64,000 nucleotides of DNA from Octopus sinensis. Its lineage: Eukaryota. The stretch is from the NCBI RefSeq assembly GCF_006345805.1, contig NC_043000.1, positions 100,502,001-100,566,000 on the forward strand, given 5' to 3'. Positions within the stretch are counted from its first letter, which is position 1; the number at the start of each line of letters is the position of its first letter. Positions 34,590 through 48,114 of the stretch are shown here, piece after piece. The position numbers were made by a program, and so were the translations under genes. The notes under the pieces are model-generated. The model saw nothing but the letters and a program-made list of their open reading frames with translations, ran no database searches and was not told the origin of the DNA.

Positions 34590-34665
34590 AGTGTACATTT
34601 AAACACGAGAGAAAACTGCCTTCAACTTGTTGAAGGCAGTTTTCTCTTGTGTTTAAATGTACACT
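34590..34665. repeat. 37-bp near-perfect palindrome
   Basis: AGTGTACATTTAAACACGAGAGAAAACTGCCTTCAAC-TT-GTTGAAGGCAGTTTTCTCTTGTGTTTAAATGTACACT; one G.T. Confidence 0.95.
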
Positions 34666-34867
34666 ATTATATATATATAATACAAAATGGGAAAAGAGCG
34701 CAAAACATCCAGATAGATGATACATAGAAAACAAGGACGGGTCATTCGGAGTTTTCTTTCCCCGGTCGAGTTCTAGATTATCTTTGCAATTTCGGCTGGT
34801 TATATATATATTATATATATTACATATATATATATATATATGCATATATATATATATACAATATATA

Positions 34868-34967
<100 letters not shown>

Positions 34968-35149
34968 GCATAGAATTTTTTGCTACCCTTATATTTATTA
35001 ATTAATGATTTTTTGGCTAATTTTGAAATTAAATCAGCAGTTTATATTTGCTGCTGAGAAGACCGCGCGATTGCGGTGGAATTTTGAAAATTTAGAGCAT
35101 ATGGACTGGAGGCTTCTTTACCATAGCTAGAGATATACTCGTCCTAGGC

Positions 35150-35244
35150 TCTCTGCTGAGGAGGCACGCCAGATGTAAATGAATTTAATTTAATTTAATT
35201 AATTTATTTACCTAAGTTTGCCGAAACTATGCATAGTCCAGAGA
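35150..35244 (+). ncRNA. Canonical type I hammerhead ribozyme
   Basis: TCTCTG CTGAGGA GGCA-(AT-rich loop)-TGCC GAA ACTA-TGCA-TAGT C CAGAGA; GUC site after 35238. Confidence 0.8.
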
Positions 35245-36049
35245 TGAAGGGGGTAAACGTTTTTATTTCTCTTTCTGTTTCAGAATTACAACTATTTGGC
35301 GGTTTGAGTTTGGCTGCTCTTTCTAGTGAGTCGAATGTCTTATATGGCCATTCCTTATATTGTTGTATGTGTCTATGTATATATGTGCATGTATGTATGT
35401 ATATATGTGTAAGTATGTATATATATATATATGTATATGTGTTTATATATATATATGTATATGTATATATATATATGTTTATGTATGTATATATATGTAT
35501 ATGTATATATCTATATGTATATGTATGTATATATATTTATGTATATGTATATATCTGTATGTATGTACGTGTGTGTAGTGTTCGTATGGACGGCTGAAAA
35601 CAAAGACAAGCAAGAAAATTCTGTCTTGATAGCGTGTGTCATGAAAGTTGTATATTTATGTTTCTATCATTGCCAATAAAATCACATTTTTTTTCTATTT
35701 CATTACGTTAATATTTGTTTTCGTGTGCGTCTTGTGACAAAGAAACAATAATTTTCGTTTACAGTCTACGAGGTGTATCGTTTATTGTTGCTGTAGACAC
35801 CATTATTTCCAAATATCCGAAGATAAATATTAGAAGATCCACCTTACTTATTTTGACAAAAATAATGACCAGACTTACTAGGATGTCACTCTTTGTTTAA
35901 TCCCACAGAAAAAAGTTTTATTTATTTATTTTTATCCAGATTGATAATAGTAAAGCATTCAAGCTCTCTTAGCTAGCAAGAATAGTCAACAAAGTTGTTT
36001 TGGTAACTCAGTATCAAACAACAACAAGAACAACAACAACAACAACAAC

Positions 36050-36106
<57 letters not shown>

Positions 36107-36307
36107 TCATTCATCTAAAGGCACAAGGCCTGAAATTTCGGTGGCAATTGAATTTAGAACATAAGGACGGACGAAATGCCGCTAAACATTTTGCCCGACG
36201 TGCAAATGACTCTGTCAGCTCATGGCCTTCATAACAACAACAACAACAACAAAAACAACAACAAAAACAACAACAACAACAGCAACAACAACAACAAAAA
36301 CAACAAC

Positions 36308-36357
<50 letters not shown>

Positions 36358-36562
36358 TAATAAAATTAATAATGAAGATAATCCTTTCTACTAAAGGCAT
36401 AAAGCCTGAAATGTTATGGAGAGGGGACTAGTCGATTACATAGATCCCAGTGTTTCACTGGTACTTAATTTATCGACCCGAAAGAATGGAAGGCAAAGTC
36501 GACCTCAGCGGAATTTGAACTCAGAACGTAAAGGCGGACGAAATACCGCTAATCAAATACCA

Positions 36563-37560
36563 AACAGAGAAGTTTGATCAGTTCATGCAGCAAAGCAAGA
36601 ATGTTCGAAATAAAGATCGCTGGCTCCGGCTGACGGGCGGGAACTTCAACCGAGGCACAGAAATGCCAGCCATAGCTGCTCAAGAACAAGCCCTGAGAAG
36701 AAACTTGATGAAGACAAAGATCGATAAATCTCAGTCAGACAGCAAATGTAGAAACTGTAGGAATGGAGACGAAAGCATCAATCACCTTTTAATTGAGTGT
36801 AGTAATCTAGCACGAAAAGAGTATAAACACAGACTTGACTGCGTAGGTAAAAGAATGCATTAAGTTGTTAGGTGAGTGTGTGACCTCAAACAACAGAAAG
36901 GTGGTATAAACACAAACCAGAGGCTGTGGTTGAAGATGAGAATTACAAGGTATTGTTGGATCTAACCATAAAGACTGGCCATAATATTGAAACAAGGAGA
37001 CCAGATATGCTCAAAGGGACAAAATAAACAAACGCTAAGATAAAATATTTTGCAATTCCCTATGATCATTTCAGCTAAAAGCACAAGGTCTGAAACATTG
37101 GGAAAGGGAACTCTTCAACTACATCGACCTCAGTGTTCAACTGGTACATATTTTATCGACCCCGAAAGGATGAAAAGCAAAGTCGACTTCGGCGGAATTT
37201 GAACACAGTACGTAAAGACGGACGAAATACCGCTAAGCATTTTACCCGGCATGCTAAGATCGCTGCCTTAATTTCCTATGATAGCAAAAACCTTTTGAAA
37301 AAATTGAGAAATATCAGGAGAGCTGATGAGGCTGTAGAAGACCAAGACAACAATGATTCCCGTTGTAGTTGGTTCACTTGGCACAACGCCCAAAATACTA
37401 CCTAAAAGAGTGAAAGAAATTGGAATTGGAACTCGTATTGTTGACCTGCAGAAAAGTATCATCCTATATTTTACAATAATCTTAAGGAAGATTCTTGAGA
37501 TTTGAGGAGACTTATTGTCACCAAACTTCAAGATAAAATAGCAGTTAACTAAATTAGGAT
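36563..37560 (+). pseudogene. R4/Dong-like non-LTR retrotransposon 3' fragment (zinc knuckle plus RLE endonuclease)
   Basis: AAQEQAL...CRNCRNGDESINHLLIEC...WYKHKPEAVVED...RRPDM, then IPVVVGSLGTTPK...LQKS; split by a SINE at 37067-37269. Confidence 0.85.
37067..37269 (-). mobile_element. Family B SINE inserted in the R4 fragment
   Basis: 13-bp TSD AATTCCCTATGAT (37054-37066) / AATTTCCTATGAT (37270-37282). Confidence 0.8.
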
Positions 37561-38936
37561 GCACTACTGTGATAATGATGATGGTGATGATGATGATGGG
37601 TATGATGCTGATGATGATAAGAAGAACAATAACGTCTTGTTTCCGCACTAGTTTACAAATTTCAGTGTTCAAAGACTACCAGCCTTTCATTTTTGTGAAT
37701 TTCACAAAGATAATGATCAGTGACGTATAGAGGTGAATTTAATAAACTATGCTGCCAAGGAAACATGTGACTTAGAGAGCTAATGTCAGAAATTATAATT
37801 ATCATATCCAGAAAGACAGAAAATGACAAAATCAATAGAATATCGAACCCCGAACCCCCACTCCACAAAAATGCCTTCCTCGATTTTTTATGATTTGATT
37901 TCAAGACCTATCGAGGCTGACTTTTCTCTTTATATCAATTATGTAAGGATAAAATAAAATACTATTTATGTAATGGTGTCGATAAATTGATAAATTGGTT
38001 CCAAAGGTTTGGATGACTTGGAGAGAAGAAAGGACCTAAGTTAGTGTTGAGTCTGTGAAATTCAATTTCATTGTAATAAGTAACCCTTCAGCACAAATTC
38101 TGAGAAATGTCATTCGTACGAAGTTTTGTGTGATGGATTTTTTTTTAGTTGAGCTAAGATCATAGGGACTTCTGCGAAACCCAACCCCCCCAAAAGACTA
38201 GATTTATAGAAACGATTCGAATGTGGTGCACCATTGTAGGTATTGCCTTCATATCGTATGTATATATATTTGTTTCAGTCATTTGACTGCGGCCAAGCTG
38301 GTGCACCGCCTTTAGTTGAACAAATCTACTTCACAAATACTAGCATACACATTTTAATTTAGACTTACAGGTTTTAAAAGGTGACCTGGCAGAGTCATTA
38401 GCGCGCTGAGCATTTCGCCGGTTTTTTTTTAATGTTTTGAGGTCCCATACCAACGCGGTCGACTTTGCCTTTTCATCATCTGGATTTCGGTAAAATAAGT
38501 ACCAGCTGCGTACTAGGGACGATGTAATTGACTTACCCCTTCGTCGAAATTGTGCCAAAATTTAAAACCAGTTTAGTCTTAATACTATTCGTGGCTGTGC
38601 AAAATTTACTCCACAGATAAACAAAGAAAATACCTTGATACAAAAGTACAAACCAAGACTTAACAAACTTTAACAGAGTGCATACACAAATAACTATTCG
38701 CACACAAAATTCATTCTGCTACTTAAACCTAAGCTTTAATCACTGGACTACATAGAAACGACAACTGTACAATCTCCCACCTGGCGGATTAAATTTGGAG
38801 TGCCTTGACTGTAACTCGACCGATAGAATAAGTACTAGGCTTACAAACAATAAGCCCTGGGGTCTATTTGCTCGACTAAAGGCGGTGCTCCAAATGACTG
38901 AAAGAAGTAAAGGAGTACAAGAATATATAATCTATC

Positions 38937-38979
<43 letters not shown>

Positions 38980-38987
38980 ATATATAT

Positions 38988-39037
<50 letters not shown>

Positions 39038-39199
39038 ATATATAAATATATACATACATATATGTACATCGACACTTATATATCTCTACGTCAGCAGGGT
39101 ATTAGCAATGTGCACTGACGATGTACAACTTGTTGCTCATAAGAATACCAGCTGTTACTGTATAAATAATCCTTGCTGCAATAAACACAAATCCTGGAG

Positions 39200-40332
39200 T
39201 TCGTGATAGGAGATAGTCGATTATATTGACCCCAGTACTTGACTTGTACTTAATTTATCGACCCCGAAAGGATGAAAGGCAAAGTCGACCTCGGCGGAAT
39301 TTGAACTCAGAACGTAACGACAGACGAAATACCTATTTTTTTACTACCCAAAAGGGGCTAAACACAGAGAGGACAAACAAGGACAGACAAACGGATTAAG
39401 TCGATTACATCGACCCAAGTGCGTAACTGGTACTTATTTAATCGACCCCGAAAGGATGAAAGGCAAAGTCGACCTCGGCGGAATTTGAACCCAGAACACA
39501 TCGGCGGACGCAATACCATGAAGCATTTCGCCCGGCGTGCTAACGATTCTGCCAGCTCGCCGCATCTTTCTGTATCAATAATAAAAATACAAAAGCGAAG
39601 ATTGAATGCATCGGTGAGATCATTGTTCTATTGATTTATCTCTTACTTATATAATAACTTTGTTCTTGAGATTATAAACAACATCAAATCTATTATCTGT
39701 TTTTATTATATTTTATTTGTTTTGTTTTATTAATTTGCAAAATTTACCTATTTCTTTATTACCCACAAGGGGCTAAACACAGAGGGGACAAACAAGGACA
39801 GACATAGGTATTAAGTCGATTACATCGACCCCAGTGCGTAACTGGTACTTAATTTATCGACCCCGAAAGGATGAAAGGCAAAGTCGACCTCGGCGGAATT
39901 TGAACTCAGAACGTAACGCAGACGAAATACCGCTAAGCATTTCGCCCGGCGTGCTAACGTTTCTGCCAGCTCGCCGCCTTGCCAGCTCGCCGCCTTACGT
40001 TCACGTAGCTGGATGTCGCAGTTTATGTATTTGTTTATTTGTGTGTGTGCTCTCTCTCTCTCTCTCTGTTTTCTGTTGTTAGTGCGTGTGAGTATATGAG
40101 TGCGTGAATCAGACATGATTGTTATTATTATTATTTAGGCGGCAAGCTAGCAGAATCGTTGGCACACCGGGCGGAAGGTATTTGGCCCGTTGTTACGTTC
40201 TAAGTTCAAATTTCCCCGAGGTCAACTTTGGCTTTCATCCTTTCGGGTTCAATAGAATAAGTACCACTGGGGTCGATGCAATCGCCTAATCCCCTCCCCC
40301 AAAATTGCTGCCCTTGCGGCAAATTTTAAAGC

Positions 40333-40396
<64 letters not shown>

Positions 40397-41335
40397 GTCA
40401 AGGATCTCTTAGCTTCATAGTACTGAGCACTCAGCCGAAATTTGAGTGGTACATGGTTCGTTTCTTTGCAGATGCTTGCTGGGCACTTTTGAAAATAAGG
40501 TAACGCGATGGGAGAATCGTTAACACGCCGAATATACTGCTTAGCGGCATTTTGTCGGTCTTTACGTTCTGAGTTCAAATTCCGCCTTTAATCCTTTCAG
40601 GGTCGATAAAACAAGTACCAGCTAAGCACTGTGGTCAATGTAATTGACTCACTCCTTCCACCAGAATTGATGGCTTTGTTCCAAAATTTGAAACCATTAT
40701 TATTATCAATATTATAATAAAGCGGCAAGGCGGCGAGCTGGCAGAATCGTTAACACGCTGTACGAAATGCTTTGCAGTATTTCGCCCGTCGCTACGTTCT
40801 GAGTTCAAATTCAGTCGAGGTCGACTTTGCCTTTCATCTTTTCGGGATCGATAAATTAAGTACCAGTGAAACACTGGGTTCGATGTAATCGACTAGTCCC
40901 ATCCTTGAAAATTTCAAACCTTGTGTCTATTGTAGAAAGGCGGTAAGGCGCGCTGGCAGAATCGTTAGCACGCCGGGCGAAATGCTTAGCTATATTTCGT
41001 CTGCCGCTACGTTCTGAGTTCAAATTACGCCGATGTCGACTTTACTTTTCCTCCTTTCGGGGCCGATTAAATAATTACCAGTTACGCGCTGGGGTCGATG
41101 TAATCGACTTAATCCCCTTCCTCAAGCTGCCCTTGTGGCAAAAAAATTAAAATCATTATCACCTATGGCTGCCAGCTGGTGGAACTATTTGCACGCTGGA
41201 CAAAATGCTTAATACATTTCATTTATCTTTACGCTTTGCGTTCAAATTCTGCGGAGGTTGGGTTTGCCTTTCATCCTTTCAAGTCCACTGCAAAAATACC
41301 AGTCAAGCGTTGAGGCCGATATAATCGACAAGCAC
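39200..41335. mobile_element. Dense family B SINE cluster
   Basis: Minus copies at ~39200-39560 and 39745-39995; plus copies at ~40138, 40490, 40725, 40945, 41170. Further scattered copies at ~36115-36555, 38375, 58110, 59015. Confidence 0.85.
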
Positions 41336-41347
41336 CCTCCTCACTAT

Positions 41348-41624
41348 CAGATGTTGCTACACATCGCTGGTCACAATGCGCTTCGCATTGTTTTAGCCTT
41401 CAAAGGACGCCACCCCGCTGGCTAAGCGAGCAGGCCGACAGAAGAAAGAGAGAAAGTTGTGGCGAAAGAGTACAGTAGGGATTGCCACCCCACCCCTGCC
41501 GAAGCCTCGTGGAGCTTGTAGGTGTTTTCGCGCAATAAACACACACAACGCCCGGTCTGGGAATCGAAACCGCGATCCTCCGACCGCAAGTCCGCTCCCC
41601 TAACCACTGGGCCATTGCGCCTCC
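41348..41624 (-). mobile_element. Full-length family C tRNA(Arg)-like SINE
   Basis: Head GGAGGCGCAATGGCCCAGTGG...GGTTTCGATTCCC; tail ...CCAGCGATGTGTAGCAACATCTG. Confidence 0.85.
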
Positions 41625-41626
41625 AT

Positions 41627-41708
<82 letters not shown>

Positions 41709-41729
41709 TGAGAGAGAGAGAGAGAGAGT

Positions 41730-41767
<38 letters not shown>

Positions 41768-43337
41768 GACAGAGAGACAGAGACAGAGAGTGGGAGAGCA
41801 CGTAAAATGTATGAAAGTAACTTCCAGCGCACTCTCAGCAAAAGAGATCATTGACACCAAAAAGCACCAACAACACTAACGAGAACACTTTCACCTCCAC
41901 CACCAGCACTGTCAGCAGCAACAGCAGCAGTTCAAGAATTTGGACCTGGAGATCTCCTTTTCCAGCGACTTCGAGGGCCACGGCCCAGTGGTGTCAGGCG
42001 TCAACGAAGAGCCCTCGACCACAACAACAAGACAGCCAAAGTTTTTTTTTTCCCAAGGTCTGGGATCTCCCGCCCCTAAGCCCTAGACCATCACCTAATC
42101 ACCCTTACCCGTCTTGTTGCTTAACAACAACAACAACAACAGTAAACACACCAAAACCACCACCAACAACAACAATAACAACACCACGACCCCATCACCT
42201 ACAACAACGACATCATTAACAAAGAAAACCCGAACAAGGAAAACGAAACTAAATGCGAATGAGGTAACGAGTTTGGCGGACAGAAATAGGCTGAAAGTAA
42301 AGCCATCCCTGAAAGGTCGTACAGAAGTGGAGAACGCTTACGTAGCTTCCTTTTTTTGTTGTTCTTTATATGTGTCGACTTAGGTTAGATCTCTCTTATT
42401 CGAACCTGACTGGTATGGTGCATTTTGTTCGAGTAAGAGATTGTAGACAAAGGAAATCAGATAGAAGATAATTATGAAAATGTATGTTTATAGAGATCTT
42501 TGTGTTTTACAATGTTGTTCTCTTCTATTCTACTACAGTATTTGATGCCTTTTCACCACGAAGATCTATACGCAGAAAAAAAATCTCGCTTATGTATTTG
42601 ATTGTTATTGATGTCCATCCTTTCTTCACAGACGAACCAACAACAAACTCAGTTATTTGCTATTGATATATACACGGAACAAAGTCGTAAGTTACATAAA
42701 AATACATCTGGTTTCGTGGTGTTTTTAAATCTTTCGTCATGTCGATCATTTTTATAATACAAGCCAAAATTTTTAAAGCAATTGATTGAGATCGAAGCGA
42801 GCGGGGCCGATTGGCGGGTGCTACATTCGTTAAACGTAAACAAGGGAAACAATCGTCGCATCACTTTCTTTTACAACATTTTGTTGTAATGTTTTATTTT
42901 TATCTCTTCATCTTCTACTTGTTTCAGTCATTTCACTGCGGCCATGCTGGGGCACCACCTTGAAAGGTTTTAGTCGAACTAATCGAACCTTGGACGTTTT
43001 TAAGCCTAGTACTTATTCTCTCGTTCTCGTTTTGCCGAACCGCTAAGTTATGGGGCGTAGTCACACCAACTTCCAGTAATTTTTTGCTAGTTTATTTTGT
43101 CTTTTTGTCTTCTCCCCTGCTGCTGTATGGACATTTAATGTGGTTTTAGAGTCAGGTTTTGACTGACTGTTATTTCCAGCATAGCGGTATCTCTTAGGTA
43201 CCCTAAGTTATAATTTTAATAATTATTATTACCTTTGAAGGTTTTTAGTCCCATGCTAGCCAATTGATAAGATCGATATGTAAATTAACGATCTTATCCT
43301 TACCTGTATAAATTATATATATATATATATATTATAT

Positions 43338-43385
<48 letters not shown>

Positions 43386-44569
43386 GTATATATATTATAT
43401 GTATACGACCGGCTTCTTTCTGTTTCCGCCTACCAAATCCACTCATAAGACTTTGGTTGGATCTTGGATATAGTGGAAGATACTTACCCAAGGCGTCACA
43501 CAGTGAGACTGAACCCGCAACCATGTGATTGGGAAGCAATCTTCTTACCACACAACCACTAAATTCAATTTTAATTACAATAAATAAAAAAGAGAAATGG
43601 TGGAACTAGTAATAATCTAGGATTACGATTAAACAGTATCGTTTGTAAAGTGCCCGGGACTCTGGGACCTTATCAGAATAATCTGAGATTAGGATAATTG
43701 ATATTCGGTTAATCGAGGTTTGATTGTATTCCAATGGCTCCAGCAATTTTGCTGGCATTACAAAAATTCGTTACAAAAATACTTTTTGCTTTTTTAGTTT
43801 ACATTTAGCTAATTAAACTTCATTTAGAAGTTCAAGCAGGAATAGTAACAGAGCTGATAAAAGAATTCTCAGAAGTTTCATCATTAGAAACCTAACGATG
43901 GAAATAGAATTATAGTTTATGGTTCTTTAATATATCTTAGTTGATAGTTATTTTGGTTCCAGTGTAAAAAAAAATATTTCATCTGAATAATTTAGCCAAA
44001 GTTTTTCCCCCAAAGAACTGCAAGAATTTTCAGTAAACAGTTTAAATTTCAATGTTTGCCTTGGAAAGATGCTTCAGCGCTTTTTCTCTTGCAAACTGTT
44101 TGTAAATTTGCTTGAAGCACTGGGCTCAGCCAATGTTATTTAAGGAATGCTAAACTCAATTATTGCATAAGTTATGAAATTTTCCAAACTAGTCCGTGAA
44201 GAACATGATGAATACTATGATTTAATAACAAACAAAAATGAGTGAGTCAATATTGGAAGGTCGACTTCTTGATGCAGAAAAAATACTTCAAAAATTTTGT
44301 TCACATGTAACTCAAGAAAAATGCGATAACGACTAACAGTTTTCTTTGTTGTCAAAATTTATGGTTAATCTTTCATAGCATCATTCTTCAGCATTAAAAT
44401 TTAAAATCTTGCCTCTTTCAACACGAAAGTATGGTTATAAAAGCTGGGGTACAAATATACGATGCTTAATATACACATCAAGACTATCGGACTGCTATAC
44501 ATTTTGACTTTATATATATATATATAGGTGTGTGTGCGTGTGCGTGCGTGTGTGTGTGCATATATGGAT

Positions 44570-45540
44570 AGAGGACGTCACCAACAGTAAACAATATAAA
44601 ATACGCAAATAATGAGAGACAAATGGAAAACAAGACAAATAATACAAAGAATACAAAGAACGACCCTTTATCAGTTATCGGCTGGCTATCTACTTCCCAT
44701 TTCGAGCAATCAACGACAATAAGAGTCTTCGATGGCAGTTCCTCCCATAAATACCAAAATAAAAGGTTTAAAGTTAAGAACAAAGCAGGACAGTGGAGAC
44801 ATACAGGGAAACCAAACGGAAACAAATATGGAGGACCGTTAGACCTGAACGTGGGGAACATAGTGAACACTTAGAGAAATATTTTCTTTGAAAAGAGAAA
44901 TGGTACAAGAGAGTGATAGGAGACATCAAGTCCTTAGAAGGCCGGTGCAGAAAGAAAAGATGGACGATGGTCACGTGTGAGCAATTTGTCTAATTGTTAC
45001 ATCTCTTCTATGTGTGGACAAGATTTTAACTTCAATGTTGTTGAGTAAGCCCCCGTGTTTCTGCTCGGCGTGCTGCTACAGAACCGATGAGCTCTTTTCT
45101 TCCTTAAGTTCTCTCCAATGCTCATTTACCCGCTCTCCTATGCTCCGGGCCGTTTCCCCTACGTACGTTGTTGTCTTGTTACTGCATCGTCCCTCTGTAC
45201 ATCTTATACTATAGACTACATTTCTGGCTTTACAGTTTGTCTGTAGGCTAAATCTACCCACAGTACAGTTACTATCCGTACAGGGGGTTCTACTAAAACG
45301 GTAGGTTCTTCCGATTAGGTATTTGATAGGGTTGCCTGGCCTTTCAACAACCTTAATCCTTAGCTTAAACTTGTCTAGGGCCCTTCTAAAGCGGTACGCC
45401 AGTTCGCCTCTAGGGGTGGTGTCGATGAACATGACACTCTGGTATTTGTGGCTATCGTACCAAGAGTTGGCTTTCCTATTTTCTTCTTAGTCCTTTCAAT
45501 AGTGTTCCATGATTTGCTCCTATAGAGTGGGCAAATCCCA
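44570..45540 (-). mobile_element. 5'-truncated PLE (GIY-YIG fragment plus 3' UTR)
   Basis: ORF 45076-45432: KVVERPG...NCKARNVVYSIRC...YVGETARSIGERVNEH. Confidence 0.85.
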
Positions 45541-45594
45541 TTCCTATCATCACATATGATATCTATAAATATATGCACATGCACACACACACAC

Positions 45595-45691
<97 letters not shown>

Positions 45692-46024
45692 ATGTCGATA
45701 CTTACCTCCCTTACAAATAATATTTTTTCTCAGGAACTATTAGACCTGACACCGTCTATTAACCGGTGTTATTCAAACGATGAATAGCTTTGCGTAAACC
45801 ATTGGTTCGTTTTGTCCTCTTACTTTATTATCATCTTATAATCATCTCATAATAATGACTTTTATGACTCGTACTACTATCTCAGTCAATCTAAATGTAT
45901 ATATTTGTCGTTACCTGTCACAAATAGCCTTTTTCTATTTGCAATATGCATTTTCGTTGATTTTTTTATATTTTACCCTTACATTTCCACGTGTATTTCA
46001 TATTTACTTTTCGTAACATATTTC

Positions 46025-46066
<42 letters not shown>

Positions 46067-46071
46067 TATAT

Positions 46072-46109
<38 letters not shown>

Positions 46110-46215
46110 GTATATATTAGAAGAAATAAGGTACTCACAAATCTGAATACCATATGTATATATATATATATATATATAATATATATATATATATATACAA
46201 ACATATATACATATA

Positions 46216-46248
<33 letters not shown>

Positions 46249-46590
46249 TATGTATATATATATGTATACATATGTATATATATATATGTATATATATGTA
46301 TATAATATATGTTATATATACACATATATTTGCATATATATGTGTGTAAATATATATATATGTATATATATATATGTATACATATGTATATATATATGTA
46401 TATATATGTATATATATATATGTATATATATACACATATATTTGCATATATATGTGTGTAAATATATATATACTTATATATAAATATATATACATATGTA
46501 TATATACATATACATATATATATATCTATATATATATATGTGTGTGTGTATGTATATGTGTATTTATATATATATGTGTGTGTATGTGTG

Positions 46591-46627
<37 letters not shown>

Positions 46628-46819
46628 TCAATTTACAAGCAAAGATCCCGAGGAACAGTTACAGAGTAGCCAAATATCACATAAGCGCCTAAGAAATAAG
46701 TACTCACACTTGCATGGATGATAATTCTGTGGAGAAGTGAGACGTGTTTTGGAGAACATGAGAATAATAGAAAATGGAAACAAACGCACAAAATGTTATC
46801 TAAATCATTTATGTCACCA

Positions 46820-48054
46820 TATCACCGACATATGTTTCGACTGATGCATTAAAATAAATCCGAGAATTATAATAATGGGGGGAAAATGCATCGATCTCAT
46901 CAGGAAGGAGATTATAAACAACAGTGTTCATCAATAAGCCATTTTTAAAGATGTAAGAGACTTATGGGATACAAAAGGAACGATAAGGAACGCTAGTAAT
47001 TTTTAAATATTGTTAAGAAATTTGACGTCATAGTACGAGAGAAGAAGAGAAAGAGGATTAAAGGACTAATAAGGTATAAACAGAAAGTGAATGACAGATG
47101 GATAGAAAAGATGAAGGAAAGAATAGGAAGTGGGGGAAGAAAGAATACAGATTAAGTTGCAGATGTTATTAGGTAAGGGGGCAGATATTATTGAAATAGC
47201 TGAAAGTGTGTTTTCCAATGTGAAAACCGGTATACGCGTTCTTTATAGATGTTGACCACTGAGTATTTTTTGAAAGAAGCATAAATAGTTGTTCGTCCAT
47301 ACAAAGAAAACAGAAAAATTTCCTTTTATCATAGGGAAACGATCTTGATAAATTTTCCAATCCAAAGAAAATTGTTTATTACAGTCTTTGTGTTGCTAAA
47401 TTAGTTTACTAAGGCCTGTAGTATTACGTTTATGAATATATTTAAATGTAGAAAGATGGGTGGCCAAACGTTTTTTTAATTCCCTAGATGAAATGCCAAT
47501 AAAAATATATTCTTTAGATCCTGTAGAAAGTTTACATTGATAAACAACGCTTTTAATTCTGCAATTTCCGTGAGAACGCATGTTTTATTCGGACCACAAT
47601 TGCAAGTAATTATTACTATTGATATTATTTTTTAAGGAAAGATTATCATTATTAGTATTATTGTTATTGCATTTATTAAGCGAAACTCTTTTACTGTTAA
47701 GAATATAGTTGTTATGCGAGCATATAATTTGTAGGAGGTTATTAGTGTTGGAGAAAACAATTCGGATACGATATGAGTTGAGAATAAAGTGGTACCTGTA
47801 ATTTTTTTGGAAAGTTCCTTTCGATGGCTTCACGAAACAGGTAATATGTCTTCTGTATAGAATAAAAAAACAAATAGTTTTACTAGGGTCATGCGATTTA
47901 CAGGGAGATTTCTCATTAAAAAACCTGAAGTTTTTTTTTTATTTTTACAGAAGTGGGGAAGTATAGTTACCTCCCTTAGACTGTTTATTTCTAAATTTAC
48001 CAAAATTAAGTTTGATATAGGGAATTATTATCTGGATTATTACCTACGGAAAAA

Positions 48055-48114
<60 letters not shown>

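Noticed and set aside
43620-44460. Possible RT remnant on the minus strand
   Set aside because: Too many stops; only vague similarity to PLE RT.
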